Source: the human T2T-CHM13v2.0 reference genome, Homo sapiens. From it: DNA of 64,000 nt. How positions within the stretch are numbered: the stretch's first letter is position 1; the number at the start of each line of letters is the position of its first letter. The notes below the pieces were generated by a model that did no database searches, had not been told where the DNA came from, and was given only the letters and a program-made list of their open reading frames with translations. Location of the stretch: the NCBI RefSeq assembly GCF_009914755.1, contig NC_060927.1; one strand, given 5' to 3'. A program made the translations under genes and the position numbers. Positions 27,212 through 42,526 of this stretch are shown piece by piece.

Positions 27212-29972
27212 TTCTTTCCTGATCCTTATTTTTTTCCTTTTCTTCTCTTTAATAACTAGGACCCCAGTAAAATGTCAAACAGAAATAATGATAGCTCACC
27301 TTTTCTTGTTCCAAATCTTAAAGAGATTGCCTATAATGACTCACCATTAAGTGTGATGTTCAATGTACCTTGTTTGTACAACCTTTTATCTGGTTAAAAA
27401 AAAAATTGTTTCTATACTTAGTTTGCCAAGTTTCTTTTTTAAATATGAATTAATGTTAATTTTAGCAAGGTTTTTCCAGAATTTATTTTTTAAAAATTGG
27501 GTTATTGTATTAATTTATGTGAGCTTATTTTCTAATATCAAATCACCTTTATAAGCTTGAGATAAATGTAACTTCGTCATCTGTTTTATCCTTTTATGTA
27601 CTGCTGGATTTAGTTTGCTAATATTTGGTATAGAGTAGTTTCGTTTAACATCATGAGAAAGTTTGTTATGCAATTTTCCTTCCTTGTTCTGTGCTCGTCA
27701 TGTTTGGGCATCAAGATCATGTTAGCTTCATAAAATGAAGAGTGTGTCTTCATTTACTGCTTCTCTAGAAGATTTTGTTTATTGTTGAAATTACTTGTTC
27801 CTTGACTGTTTGGTAGAATTCACCAATAAAATCGTACCACTACATACCTATTAGAATAGGTATAACTTTTTTTTTTTTTTTTGACAAAATGACATGCTAA
27901 GCACTGACAAGAATGTGGAGCAACGGGACTGCTAGCAGGGGTTCAAACTGACACAGCCACTTGGAGGAACACTTTGGCAATTTCTTACAAAGTTAAACTT
28001 ACACTTCCCATGTAACCCAGGAATCCCACTTCTAAGTATTTACCCAAGAGAAATGTAAACATATGTTCACACAAAGAGCTGTATAAGAATGTTTATTGAA
28101 CTTTATTCATAATTGCCAAAAAACTGGAAACAATCCAATTGTCCATCCACTGGTGCATAAACAAATTGTGCATCCCTACAGTGGCATATTCAGCATTAAA
28201 AAGGAATGAACCAGTGATAAACACAATGACATGGAAGAATCTCCAAACCTTTATGCTAAATGACAAAAAGCCATTCTAATGGCTACATGTTGTCTGATTC
28301 CATTTGTATGAAATTCTGAAAAAGACAAAGTTATAGGTTCAGAAATCAAGTCAGTAGTTACCAGGAGCTGGAGTAGGGAGAAGGGAGTGTACTACAAAGG
28401 CATGTAAGGGAACTTTTGGGGGATGATGGAAATATTTGTATTTCGATTGTGGTAATAGTTACATGACTGCCTGTGCATGCCAAAACATATTGAGCTCATA
28501 CTGAGAAAGTATGGATTTTACTCTATACAAATTATATCTTAATAAATCCAATAAAAAACAACCCCGGGACTGGGGTTACTTTACAGGCATATTTTTTAAC
28601 TACTAATTTAATATTTCTAATCATGGGAATATTCAGGCTTTTAAATTCTTTAATTTTTTTTCTAGGAATTTGGCCTATTTTTTAACTTTTTGACATAAAT
28701 TATGTAATATTTGCGGAATACATAGTTATGTGTTCCTTTTCATTTCTGAGTGTTTATTTGTGCCTTATTAATAAATCTAAAAAGAGATTTTCACATTGTA
28801 TTAAGATTTATATATAACTACTTTTTTGGTTGCTTTGATCCATTCCATTCTAGAATTCACTTGTTTTCTGATTTGTTATTTTCCACCTTATCTTTTTTCT
28901 TTTAATTTCTTTGTGTTTGTCAACTTCTTGAAATAAATCTTATCTTGCGAATTTGTAACTTTTCTTATTTTCTAACATAAGCATTTAAGACCATACAAGT
29001 CCCTCTAAATGCTGCTTTTGCTGCATCTCACAATTTTTATTAGGTAGTATTTTAAAATTCTTTCTTTCTAAGAATTTATAATGTATACCATAATTTATTC
29101 TTTGATTCTTGGTTTACTTAGAAGTTTGCTCCTTAACATTTCAACTTATGGAATTTTCATAGTTATCTTTTGATTATTGATATCTAGATGAATTGCATAT
29201 TGGTGAGAGAATATATTCTGTTTTATTTCAGTCCTTTGAACTATGTTTATACCTGCTTTATGGTTCAGTATATGATCAAATTTTATAAATGTCATATAGG
29301 GTAAAAAATGATGTAGTCAGTACATATGCTGGTTGCAGAGCTTAATATATGTTTATTTCATCAAAATTACTACTTTTTTGCTTGTATGGCTTTATATTTA
29401 CTGAGGGGAGTATAGAAATATCTCTCTATGAGGGTGGATTTACTTCTCTATAAATTTTTTATTTAAGTGATGTATTAAATCCTTCCAGATTTAACATCCT
29501 ATGCCTTGGTGAAATGAAACTTTTTAATATTATGATCTGACCCTTTTTATATCTAGTAATACTTTTTACTTTGAAGTCTATTTCATCTGATATTAATGTA
29601 ATTAATTACTCTATTTTCCACTTATGCCAATATCTTTTTTTTCCTCCATATTTTTCTCTCTGGTTTGCATTTTTTTCTGCATATTTTTCTCTCTGGTTTG
29701 CATTCTGGATAATATATTTTGCCTTATCTTTTAGTTTTTGTCTCTTGACACACCTGCAGGATCTATTGGTTCTACTATTAAATGTATCCATTAAAAATAT
29801 AATTTCAATTTTATTTTCAGTTTATTGAAGTTCTATTTGGCTCTTTACAAATCAACTTCCTATTATATTGTTATTATATTATAAGCCTCCTTTTATTTTG
29901 AACCTTATTAAATATATTTATTGTATATTTTATGTCTAATGCTATACTTCTATAGCTTCTGTATTTCTAAAA
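27212..29972 (-). mobile_element. Ancient L1M ORF2-region relic (host of later insertions; continues ~34513-35200)
   Basis: Degenerate antisense ORF2 motifs (ccttttcttgttccaaatcttaaag, ctgctggatttagtttgctaatattt, ttggtagaattcacca, gcttttgctgcatctcacaa). Confidence 0.65.
27834..28560 (+). mobile_element. L1MC/ME-type 3' end nested in the antisense L1M
   Basis: cagccacttggagg...tatttacccaagagaaatg...ggggatgatggaaatattt...tatacaaattatatcttaataaa. Confidence 0.75.
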
Positions 29973-30214
29973 TTGTTTAGCTTTTTTTATTTTTATTTTA
30001 TTTTTTATTTTTATACTTTAAGTTTTAGGGTACATGTGCACATTGTGCAGGTTACTTACATATGTATACATGTGCCATGCTGGTGTACTGCACCCACTAA
30101 CTCATCATCTAGCATTAGGTATATCTCCCAAAGCTATCCCTCCCCCCTCCCCCCACCCCACAACAGTCACCAGAGTGTGATGTTCCCCTTCCTGTGTCCA
30201 TGTGATCTCATTGT

Positions 30215-32755
<2,541 letters not shown>

Positions 32756-33580
32756 CTAGGCTTCTTTAAGAATGTTGAATATTGGCCCCCACTCTCTTCT
32801 GGCTTGTAGGGTTTCTGCCGAGAGATCTGCTGTTAGTCTGATGGGCTTCCCTTTGAGGGTAACCCGACCTTTCTCTCTGGCTGCCCTTAACATTTTTTCC
32901 TTCATTTCCACTTTGGTGAATCTGACGATTATGTGTCTTGGAGTTGCTCTTCTCGAGGAGTATCTTTGTGGCGTTCTCTGTATTTCCTGAATCTGAACGT
33001 TGGCCTGCCTTGCTAGATTGGGGAAATTCTCCTGGATAATATCCTGCAGAGTGTTTTCCAACTTGGTTCCATTCTCCCCATCACTTTCAGGTACACCAAT
33101 CAGACGTAGATTTGGTCTTTCCACATAGTCCCATATTTCTTGGAGGCTTTGCTCATTTCTTTTTATTCTTTTTTCTCTAAACTTCCCTTCTCGCTTCATT
33201 TCATTCATTTCATCTTCCATTGCTGATACCCTTTCTTTCAGTTGATCACATCAGCTCCTGAGGCTTCTGCATTCTTCACGTAGTTCTCGAGCCTTGGTTT
33301 TCAGCTCCATCAGCTCCTTTAAGCACTTCTCTGTATTGGTTATTCTAGTTATACATTCTTCTAATTTTTTTTCAAAGTTTTCAACTTCTTTGCCTTTGGT
33401 TTGAATGTCCTCCCGTAGCTCAGAGTAATTTGATCGTCTGAAGCCTTCTTCTCTCAGCTCGTCAAAGTCATTCTCCGTCCAACTTTGTTCCGTTGCTGAT
33501 GAGGAGCTGTGTTCCTTTGGAGGAGGAGAGGCACTCTGATTTTTAGAGTTTCCAGTTTTTCTGTCCTGTTTTTTCCCCAT
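32756..33580 (-). pseudogene. L1 ORF1p remnant (premature stop at ~33251; C-terminus deleted)
   Basis: MGKKQDRKTGNSK...SLRS* then MEDEMNEMKREGKFREKR...REWGPIFNILKE. Confidence 0.93.
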
Positions 33581-34497
33581 CTTTGTGGTTTTATCTACTT
33601 TTGGTCTTTGATGATGGTGATGTACAGATGGGTTTTTGGTGTGGATGTCCTTTCTGTTTGTTAGTTTTCCTTCTAACAGACAGGACCCTCAGCTGCAGGT
33701 CTGTTGGAGTACCCTGCCGTGTGAGGTGTCAGTGTGCCCCTGCTGGAGGGTCCCTCCCAGTTAGGCTGCTCGGGGGTCAGGGGTCAGGGACCCACTTGAG
33801 GAGGCAGTCTGCCGGTTCTCAGATCTCCAGCTGCGTACTGGGAGAACCACTGCTCTCTTCAAAGCTGTCAGACAGGGACATTTAAGTCTGCAGAGGTTAC
33901 TTTTGTCTTTTTGTTTGTCTGTGCCCTGCCCCCAGAGGTGGAGCCTACAGAGGCAGGTAGGCCTCCTTGGGCTGTGGTGGGCTCCACCCAGTTCGAGCGT
34001 CCAGGCTGCTTTGTTTACCTAAGCAAGCCTGGGCAATGGCGGGAGCCCCTCCCCCAGCCTCGCTGCCGCCTTGCAGTTTGATCTCAGACTGCTGTGCTAG
34101 CAATCAGCGAGACTCCGTGGGCGTAGGACCCTCCGAGCCAGGTGGGGAATATAATCTCGTGGTGCGCCGTTTTTTAAGCCCGTCGGAAAAGCGCAGTATT
34201 CGGGTGGGAGTGACATGATTTTCCCGATTTTCCAGGTGCCGTCCGTCACCCCTTTCTTTGATTAGGAAAGGGAACTCCCTGACCCCTTGCGCTTCCCGAG
34301 TGAGGCAATGCCTCGCCCTGCTTCCACTCGCGCACGGTGCGCGCACCACTGACCTGCACCCACTGTGTGGCACTCCCTAGTGAGATGAACCCGGTACCTC
34401 AGATGGAAATGCAGAAATCACCCATCTTCTGCGTTGCTCAGGCTGGGAGCTGTAGACCGGAGCTGTTCCTATTCCGCCATTTTGGCTCCTCCCTCCC
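33581..34497 (-). promoter_or_regulatory. L1 5'UTR: CpG-rich sense promoter (YY1 site ~34474-34484) and antisense promoter
   Basis: The only extended CpG-rich stretch besides the AluYa5; ccgccattttg YY1-type motif; promoter activity inferred from L1 family knowledge. Confidence 0.7.
34036..34218 (+). CDS. ORF0: L1 ORF0, truncated to 60 aa
   Basis: MAGAPPPASLPPCSLISDCCASNQRDSVGVGPSEPG... matches the primate L1 antisense ORF0. Confidence 0.8.
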   Translation: MAGAPPPASLPPCSLISDCCASNQRDSVGVGPSEPGGEYNLVVRRFLSPSEKRSIRVGVT

Positions 34498-36589
34498 TTG
34501 TTTAGCTTTTTTATTACTCTAATGCTATGGGCCTGGTTTCCTTGCAGGGTTAGTAAATTTTGACTGAAAGTTGCTCATTTCCCCTGGAACTTTATCTTCG
34601 GAAATGTTTTGAGGTCTCGGATGAAAATAGTATCTTACGTAAAGAGCTTGTATTTATTTTTGTTAGGTGCTTGAAGCCATTACCAGTCCAGGACCACTTT
34701 AAGCTGAATCTTCAGTTGAAAATGTTCAGATTACCCAGTTAGTAAGAATTTAGGCTATAAACTTTTAGCAGCTGACTTGTGATTATGAATTCTCAGGAAA
34801 TATATTTTCCCTTTCTGCTTAGCACCAAGATTTAAGACAGGCAATATTTTAGATGCTTTGAAGTGGATGGGATTTTATTACATTAAGTGTTTAAGCCTCG
34901 GTGGAATCAGTATGGGTATCTTTTTGTGGACTCCTCATCCTGGGTAGGCTCTAGGCTTCGTTTTCTCCCCCTGAAGTCATCCTACCTTGTGAAAAGCCAA
35001 TGGTTAAGTGTGTCTGGTTTGGTTTTGAAGAGAAAATTGGTTTTGGTGCCTTTCTTACCTCTCTAGGGTCTCCCTTCTGTCAGTTTTAAGCCAGGAATGT
35101 TCACGCTTTTGCTAGATCATGGATGCTTTTCCATACTTCATTCATCATACTTTAGTTGTTTTCAGCAGATGCGCCAGTCCTTTTTCCCAGTTTTCTCTGT
35201 ACCTGAAAATGGAAATAATAAATCATTTCTTTTTGAATTCTAGACGAGTGATGGCAAATAAGTTTTATCCTAAGTACTAACTCCAGTTAATTGGAAGAAG
35301 TTGACTACAGTCTTTAGTTGAGAAGGGTTCTGACTCCTTGTTCAGACTCAGGGAATAAGAATGCTATACTTTTTTTTTGTGATGTGTTGGACTGGGCTAA
35401 TGTGGAAAGTGAGGATCGAAGTGGTATATATGCTGTGTTTTGTTCATCCACAACCCAATTCCTGATTCTTTTGAACCTTTCAGAGAATAGTCATTGGACT
35501 GTTCCTATGTTGTTCTTGATTCTGAGTTCCAGACTCAGTGAGTAGCAGAGTCTTCCTGACACATTTTTTTGAAGCTTGCAAGGTTTTAGTATTTGAATAG
35601 ATTTAAAAATTAAAGGGAAAAAATTAAGGAGCCTATTAGGGAATTTCAGCGGGCCATAAGATCAAGGGTAAAGCAGCCACATAATGTTTTAGATGGTACC
35701 ATGCGTGGATAGTACAATTTGATTCCATTTGTCCTCTATATTTTCTTCTTTTCAGTTCTTAAGATCTGCTATGAAAAATAGATAAGGATTTTGAAGTTAT
35801 CCATGGACTTTTGGAGGTAATATCTAGTAAAATTTTTGTATGGTTGCATTTTTGGGAGATGCCATTAACTGTGATTGGGAGAAAGGCTAAGGAAAGACTT
35901 ACAGGAAAATGATGGTGATGGTAGTGGGCAATCAGAAAAGGAAAAGTTTGAGTGTCATTGACTTAGGTGTTGTCAACTTGATTACTCTACAGTAGAAATC
36001 AACCAGTATTCTACCAGGATATGTCTACCTTATCTTTGTCAAAAATTGATTCATCACATTTCAAAATCAAATGGCTTGTCATCTGGAGATCTCAGTACAA
36101 ATAGAGCTCCTGTTTCTGATGAGACTTTTCTGTTTTTAAATGGCTGTGTTACTAACAACCTTCTCATAATCTAATAATATTAGTCAGTACCTAACATAGG
36201 TCTGGAATTGTTTCAGAATCTTTGCTGATTGCATAGCAAAGAAAATACAGGACTTATCCTTATTTCAACATTAGCAAAAAGATTTTTTTTTAAATTAAGA
36301 TTTTTCCATTGTGGTAGGACAGAAGCAAAAGTCTTTATAACTAGTATGAATAGACACTTTTGTTAGCTGAGTCTATTCAATACTGATACAGAAATTATTG
36401 GTAAATTCAGATTAGGAAACTGAAGATACAATCAAAATTAAAGGAGAAAATATGAGAGAGAGAGAGAAAAAAATGTGTGTGAGAGAGAGGTAATCAGACC
36501 CTTCCATGGCTATAAACTACTTAAAAAGGAATTGTTTCCCCCAGTTCTGGAATTTACCACTTCTTACCTTGTAAAATAGCCCCTTCTGT

Positions 36590-36930
36590 TATCTTCTCTC
36601 CAGAATCTCCTTTTATCTTTCCTCCCTCTCAGCATTGAAATAAGCTCAAGCCTCTTCCATATTAAAGATATATAAGCAAACAAACAAGCAAAACTATGTC
36701 ACTTGACCTTAAATTCTCTTCTATTTCATGCTTGATCTTTCCTACAATTTATTTTAAATGAGTATATCCTTATTGTCTTACTTCTTATTTGCATGTCTAT
36801 CCACAGTGATCAGCTTCCCACCTCTACCACCACATTAAAGTCCTCTGCCACCAAGGCCACCAAATGGTGTTCCTAAATCCAGTGGACTCATGGCTCTGTC
36901 TTGATCTTGCTTCACTCTCCTCTTCTCTAA
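36590..36930 (+). mobile_element. L2 fragment
   Basis: caccaaggccaccaaatgg...cctaaatccagtggac...gtcttgatcttgctt. Confidence 0.5.
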
Positions 36931-37139
36931 GTCATGCTGGATATGCCCTTTTCAAAGACCTGATGACAATCCCACTCCTGCACTAAATATTTTCAAAGTG
37001 GTTCCATTCAAGGGAGCAATTTCTTATGTTCCTAGCTTTCTCAGACTCGATTTCTTGTCACTGCAAGCAGAAAAGAACCTCTTAGTGTAGTTTCCTCATA
37101 GTCAGCATTGAGGCCACTGAATCAGGTGGCAGTTTTTAA

Positions 37140-38600
37140 ATTGCTGCTCAAATTTTCTTTGTTACATTTACATATAATTTTTAAAGATAAACCATAAAGC
37201 TCATAACAAAAGCCAACAGTCTTTTATCTCATCTCTACCCATACACCTGCTCTCAAAGGCAACTACTTTCACCCCTTAATCATTATTTTACATTTAATTC
37301 CATATTTTCAGATAACATGTTTATACATATATTTACTGATTTTTCAATTTTAGACATTTTTTACTGAGTTTATACTGTGATAGATGAGGATTTATGTCCT
37401 GTACTTCCTTTCTCCCTTATAGAGGTATCAAATCAATGTTCATCATTATTTACATTTTAGTGTTTTTCTAAATATTCTTCACTACAAGATCAAAAGGTAT
37501 CACATAATTCAATTTTCTTTCATCAGGTTTATTTTCTCAAGCAAATAATTGTATAATATGCTTGCATTCTTGCTTTGCTTGTACCTATCAGTAATTCTTT
37601 TTCAACATGCCAATGAAAATGTACAACTACTCTCAGTACTTTTTTCCATTAGTTAAATGAATCAGGTGTTTGTATCTATTTTTAATTTTTTAAAAATTTT
37701 CTTACTGTGTTTGTATAGTATTTGGCTCTCTCTGGGAACCTTTCATCATGTTTCTCTAATTCTGATATGTTTTTCTTTAGGACAAACACACTTATCCTGG
37801 GACTTCCCTTCACTCTCATCCAATGAAAATTTTTTTCTCTCTTGAGTGTGACGCTCTGTTTTAGATGTAGCACTATTTTCAAGCGTTCTCTTGGTTTTGA
37901 TGGAGAAGAAAATAGAGGAAGTATAAAGGAAATATAGAAAGTTTATTTTTTACAACTTTTTCTATTTCTGATGACATGCTTATTCTACTCTGAGACATGA
38001 TTGATGATTGACAGAGCACAAAATTTATGTTAGGTTATTATTCTCCAGATTTTTAAAGGTATTGTTTCACTGTCTTTCTCCTTCCAGTATTGTTAATAAG
38101 AAGTCCAGAATCATCATGACTTTCAGTCTTTGATATGTGACTTGTTCTTTCTAGAACCTTATGGTGAGTACCTTGCTTTGGATCACTTTTCGTTCATTGC
38201 ATTGGGTAGTGGGTAGGTGTTTTTACTCTGGTGCCTGGTAGGAGAAGGGAGCTAGTGGATGGATTTTGTGCCTATGGTTTATCTCAATCTCCTTATTTTT
38301 ATTCTTAAGCTTCACCCCACAGGTTTTTGAATCTGGAAATTCTCAGTCTCAATTTTTTCACAGAGTAAATTTCTGGTCTCCTGCACAGTGTTCATCTGGT
38401 TATATGACGTGGGGAGAGAGGGACCAGGGATCTCACTGAATAGTATTGAGACTTTGGATCAGTTCTCTTATTTTCAGTTTTGTACTTCACCTTCCTTTCA
38501 CCTATACCTCCAAATCTGAGTTTTCTTGGATTCTGCAAGGTAAAACTGTTTGCTCCTCTTTGGTATTCTCCTATACCTGAAGGATTCATTTTTCTTTTCT
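37140..38600 (-). mobile_element. Ancient L1M relic
   Basis: ggtattgtttcactgtctttctccttccagtattg...aagaagtccag and AT-rich degenerate L1M-like tracts. Confidence 0.45.
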
Positions 38601-38639
38601 CTGCTAAATTAATAACAACTTGCTGTTGACTATCTGTAC

Positions 38640-39373
38640 ACCCCCAAAATTTATTTGAAGATATAGCCTCTAAGGAAGTAATTAAAATTAGAAGAAATCA
38701 CAGGGTTAATCCAGTAGAATTGGTGTCCTTGTAAGAGGAGACACTAGAGAGCACACACACTTAGGAAAAACCATGTAAGGATGCAGTGAGAAAACCCCTA
38801 CCTATAAGTTAGGAAGAGAGCCCTTACCAGAAACCAAATCTCCTAGAACCTTAATCTTGGACTTCTAGCCTCCTGAAATGTGAGAAAATAAATTTCTGTT
38901 GTTTAAGCCACCCAGTCTGTTTTAGTCCATTGTGCATTGCTAAAAAGGGATACCTGAAACTGGGTAATTTATAAATAAAGGAGGTTTATTTGGCTCATGG
39001 TTCGGCAGGCTGTACAAGAAGCATGACACTGGCATATTGTTCTGGCGAGAACTTCAGTAAGCTTTCAATCATGGTGGAAAGGGAAGGGGCAGCAGGCATG
39101 TCACATGGCAAGAAAGAAAGCAAGAGTGAGGAGGAGGGGTATCACACTCTTAACCAACTCTTGTGAATGAATAGAGCAAGAACTCACTCACTACCTCAAG
39201 GGAGGACACCAAGCCATTCATGAAGGATTCACCCCCGTGACCCAAATACTTCCCACCAGGCCCCATCTTCAACATTGGGGATCAAATTTCAACATGAGAT
39301 TTAGAGGGGACAAATATCCAAACTATATTACAGTGGATAATATTTTGTTATATCAGCCCGAGCAGACTAATAC
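38640..39373 (+). mobile_element. MLT1A-like LTR, interrupted by MSTB
   Basis: ccttaatcttggacttctagcctcctgaaatgtgagaaaataaatttctgttgtttaagccacccagtc [insert] ...tattttgttatatcagcccgagcagactaataca. Confidence 0.8.
38918..39330 (-). mobile_element. MSTB-like solo LTR nested in MLT1A
   Basis: tgttttagtccattgtgcattgc...ggggacaaatatccaaactatatta; 5-bp TSD cagtc / cagtg. Confidence 0.85.
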
Positions 39374-39539
39374 ACAACTCCTCCCATGTACTTTCCATTG
39401 GTTGTTTCTATGTGGTGCCGTCTCTATTTATTGTTGCTTTCTTTTAAGATTTTTTTGTTACTTGGAGTTTATAGATTTTATTTTTCTCCTTTACTATTAT
39501 TTTATGTGGTACTTATTTGGAGGGAGCAGAAATAAATAT

Positions 39540-39887
39540 TGTTATGGTTAATTTTGTCAACTTGTCCAGGCCATGGTACCCAGAAACGTTTTCTGGGTTT
39601 CTGAGGTTTCTGTGAAAGTATTTTTAGAAGATTAATATTTAAGTTAGCAGGCTTTGAGTTAAGTAGATTGCACTCTGTAAAGTACATGGGCCTCATCCAA
39701 GAAGTTAAAGGCCTTAAGAAAAAAGACTGACCTTCCCTCAGGAAGGAATTCTGCCAGTAGACTGCCTTCAGACTCAAACTGCAACCTTGGTTCATTTGTG
39801 AGTCTCCAGCCTGCCAGAATATCCTCCAGCTTCCACAGGTGTATGAGCCAATGCCTTAAGTCTCTCTCCGTTTCTTCTCTGTCTCTT
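39540..39887 (+). mobile_element. MLT2-type ERVL LTR
   Basis: tgttatggttaattttgtcaacttg...ggaattctgccagtagactgccttcagactcaaactgcaac...gagccaatgccttaa. Confidence 0.8.
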
Positions 39888-40076
39888 TCAGATGTTTCTT
39901 TACTTATGATACGGTTACATCCCAATAAAACCAAATAACTTACAATATTGTCAACTTACGATGGTTTTGTTGGAACGTAACTTCAATACAAGTTGAGGAA
40001 CATACTGAATGCCTATCACTTTTGCACCATTGTAAAGTCAAAAAACTATAAGTCAAGCCATTGGGGGACCACCTGA
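39888..40076 (+). mobile_element. MER47/Tigger5-like MITE
   Basis: cagatgtttcttacttatgatacggttacatcccaataaa...taagtcaagccattgggggaccacctg. Confidence 0.7.
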
Positions 40077-40199
40077 AAATATATGTCTATGTATGTATTT
40101 ATGTTTTACATACTTTTGATTTAACTGGAAGTCACATCTTACCTTCCATTTGTATGATAAAGATGTCAGTTCTTCCTTATTATATTTGTTCTATTTGTT

Positions 40200-41768
40200 A
40201 TATTCATATAGCCTAATTTTTTACATCAAAAGTGGAATATTTAATATTTTTTAGTCTAAAAATATGTCCTGAAGATCATTCAATGTATAGTTATTTTTCT
40301 CATTCTTTTTAAAGGCTGCCTAGTACTTTATTGCATAGATGTCTCCTAAAGATGGACATCTGGGTTGTTTACAATCTTTTGCTAGTATAAAATGTTCTGT
40401 AAGGAATGACTTTGTGCGTAAATAGGCTTGTTTTTGCCAGCTTACCTTAGGGATAGATTTTTAGAAGTGGAGTTACAAGATCAGAAAGGTAATTTATATG
40501 TAATTTTTTTCCCTCCATTGGGCTTTTACCATTTTATATTCCCATCAACAAGATAAAAACCTGCTATTTTTGCACAGCTTTCTAAGGGGAGTAAGTTGTC
40601 AATTATTATTATTATTATTATTGTTTTTTGTCGGTCTGGTAGGTGAGAAGGAGAACCTCATGTAGTTTTATTTTAACTTCCGTGAATAGGTGAGGTTGAG
40701 TATCTTTTCATATGTTTGAGGAGGTGATTTTACTTCTTATTCTGTAAGCTGTCTCTCATGTCTTTCCTCATTTATTTATTAAGTTGTTCATTCCCTTCCT
40801 CGTGTTTTAGGAGTCCATGGCATACTAAATTTTCTTTAGTGCTTTTTGTTTTTTATATTTGCTGTTTTTATTTTTTGCCTTTAGAAACATTTTATGTAAT
40901 AAAATTTACCTATCTTCAGTTATTTATAGATTTGAGTCATAGAAAGAATTTCCCCATTCCTAAATGATAAAATTCTCTTCTATTGTTGGTACAGTTTCAA
41001 AATTTATGTTTAGTACTGTAGTCTGAATGTATGCATTATGTGTATTTGAGATAACATCTACTTTATATTTGTTTATTTTCAAAATGACTACTCAGTTAAC
41101 CTAATATTATTTATAAACATTTCCATCTTTCTTGCACTGATTTATGTTGACATTTTTAGAAAACACTTCATTCCCACTATTATTTGTATCTTTTTCTCTA
41201 TTTGTCTTTCTATATATTGATGCAACAATATTTACTATGCTGTTTTAAATATAGATGTTTAAAAATTTACTTTTAGGTTTTAATATCTGGCAGAGCTGGT
41301 AGTCCTATATTGCTTCTTTATTGTTAAAGAAATATCCATTGGCTCTTATTTCAGTAAACCTTTAAGCAAGATTGACTTAAATTTTGTCAAATGCCTTTCC
41401 ACATGTGAATATGATCATAAAATTGCTTTCCTCAATTCTATTACTGTAATACATTATTTTAGAGATTTCCTAATATTTGACAATCCTTGTATTCCTAGAA
41501 TGAAATTCTCACTTGGTCATATGTATTGGTTTGTTTGTTTTTTTTTAAATATCCTTTTTATCAGAAAATAACTTCGAATTTACTTTTTATTGTTGTAAAA
41601 AATAGTGTGCAAAACATCTTTCTACTTCTAATTAAGCTTTTCAATTTGTTAAGATTTTGCTGCATTCTTGTATCATTCTCTCTGTTTCTGTTTATTTCTG
41701 TCTCTCTTTCTTTCTGTACACACACATATAAAGTTGTTTACCCACACAAACCAACTCTCTCTCTCTGT

Positions 41769-41819
<51 letters not shown>

Positions 41820-42479
41820 GGGAACCATTTCAGAGTATTATATTATGTCTCTTTACCCTTAAATACTTCAGTGTGTATATCCCATGAACAAAAAACATTC
41901 TCTTACATAACCTTATTGTTGTTCAGGAAAAATAACATTAATACTGTTATCAAACTTTTCTTCAAACATTTGGTATAATTCACTAGTGAAACAATGTGGG
42001 CCTGTGCTTTTCTTTGTGGCAATTTTTATTACTAATTCTACCTCTTTATTTGTTATTAACCTATTCAGATATTCTATGTCATCTTGAATCAGTTTTAGCA
42101 GTTTCTGTCTTTTTAGGAATTTTCCTATTTTATCATAATCTATTTTTTCCATACAATTATTTACAGCATACCTTTATCATCTTTATTATTTATGTAAGGT
42201 GAGTAGTGATGTCCTCTCTTTCATTCCTGCTTTTAATAATTTAAATCTTTGCTCGTTTACTTTCAGACTTGTAGCTAAAGTTTTGTCAATTTTGTTGATT
42301 TTCTTCAAACTGCCAATTTTTTGTTTCATTGATTTTCTACTTTTTTCTATTCTCTATTTCATTAATTTCCACTTGAATCTTTATTATTTCATTTCGTATC
42401 CTTGCGTTAAGTTTACTTTCCTTTTCTTTTACTAGTGCCTTAAAGTGAGAGGTTGGGTTGTGATTTAAAACTTTCCTCT
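40200..42479 (-). mobile_element. Ancient L1M fragments (continuing 48866-49200)
   Basis: ORF 41913-42152 (IGKFLKRQKLLKLIQDDIEYLNRLITNKEVELVIK...KKSTGPHCFTSELYQMF) is a degenerate ORF2p segment. Confidence 0.7.
41771..41814 (+). repeat. (CA)22 microsatellite
   Basis: Perfect CA run, preceded by (CT)n. Confidence 0.97.
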
Positions 42480-42526
42480 GATTCTATCAGGACTATGGTG
42501 ATTCATTAGGGAATAAGGAATATCTT

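Noticed and set aside
41526-41978. 150-aa ORF with a His-Thr repeat
   Set aside because: The repeat is the (CA)22 microsatellite inside L1M-derived sequence.
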